7,407 nucleotides of DNA from a virus. Its lineage: Duplodnaviria; Heunggongvirae; Uroviricota; Caudoviricetes. The first letter of the stretch is position 1. Every line of letters starts with the position of its first letter. Both the position numbers and the translations under genes were made by a program. The notes under the pieces were generated by a model. It did not search any database. It was not told the DNA's origin and worked only from the letters and a program-made list of their open reading frames with translations. Location of the stretch: the IMG/VR virus record IMGVR_UViG_3300028976_000046. The stretch is one strand, 5' to 3'. Positions 7,232-7,407 of the stretch are shown here, in pieces.

Positions 7232-7280
7232 ACCGATCTCCATCGATGTTACTCACCGATCTCCTTCACGGTAATACGCA
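7232..7280. repeat. Right terminal inverted repeat of the IS, with two GGAGATC-containing repeat units
   Basis: Its reverse complement aligns with 4700-4750 at about 37 of 49 positions. The inner unit GATCTCCATCGATGTT (7235-7250) is a perfect inverted match to AACATCGATGGAGATC at 4777-4792. Confidence 0.7.
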
Positions 7281-7284
7281 TCTG

Positions 7285-7407
7285 ATTACTGCTGCCCTGA
7301 TTATTGTCTGTTTTGTTGTTCTCCTGCTTATGCCTTTTCCGGGCGTCCCCCTGGCGGGGCGGGCTGTCGTGAACGGAGCCAGCGGAGCTGTCTCCGCCCT
7401 GGCGGGC
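7285..7407 (+). other. Open frame in the right flank, running off the window end; identity unresolved
   Basis: One frame is open to the end: LITAALIIVCFVVLLLMPFPGVPLAGRAVVNGASGAVSALAG, hydrophobic then Gly/Ala-rich. The other two plus frames have early stops. The region is GC-rich, and two minus-strand frames are also open, so coding status is uncertain. Confidence 0.25.

Larger units (their letters stand above)
4702..7280 (+). mobile_element. IS21-family insertion sequence (about 2.58 kb) carrying istA and istB; boundaries uncertain by about 2 bp
   Basis: Adjacent istA/istB gene pair. Imperfect terminal inverted repeats of about 50 bp: left TGCGTATTTTCATGAAAGGAGATCACTCAATAAC... from 4700, and the reverse complement of the right end TGCGTATTACCGTGAAGGAGATCGGTGAGTAAC... 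ending at 7280. Ends are TG...CA if the IS starts at 4700; the TSD model places the start at 4702. Confidence 0.8.

Noticed and set aside
1-7407. tRNA, rRNA or CRISPR array; a known defence-system hotspot
   Set aside because: No cloverleaf-like tRNA candidate next to int (the att site is sRNA-type), no regularly spaced direct repeats with spacers, and the known P2 accessory hotspots (Z/fun and tin-old) lie outside this window.

Overview
This window looks like the left (attL) end of a P2-like temperate prophage that has been damaged twice: the integrase carries a frameshift and the replication gene A is interrupted by an IS21-family insertion sequence. From left to right: an AT-rich flank with a small putative lipoprotein gene (1-318); a 27-bp sequence matching the P2 att core as I recall it (647-673); tandem TGTGGACAC repeats; a P2-type integrase on the minus strand split into two ORFs (753-1762); repressor C (minus strand); the face-to-face Pe/Pc switch with two GTTTAGAT operator repeats; then cox, orf78, B, orf80, orf81, orf82 (DksA/TraR-type zinc finger), orf83 and the first ~127 codons of A. 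An IS (about 4702-7280) carrying istA (513 aa) and istB (249 aa, Walker A/B) follows, with ~50-bp imperfect terminal inverted repeats and a candidate 4-bp duplication TCTG. The last ~125 bp are GC-rich with one open frame in phase with A, but it does not resemble the A continuation I recall for P2. I found no tRNA, rRNA or CRISPR array, and no convincing new multi-gene system; the unresolved items are the right flank, the uncharacterised small early ORFs and the left-flank micro-ORF. All identifications rest on reading the sequence and on recalled knowledge of P2, not on database searches.
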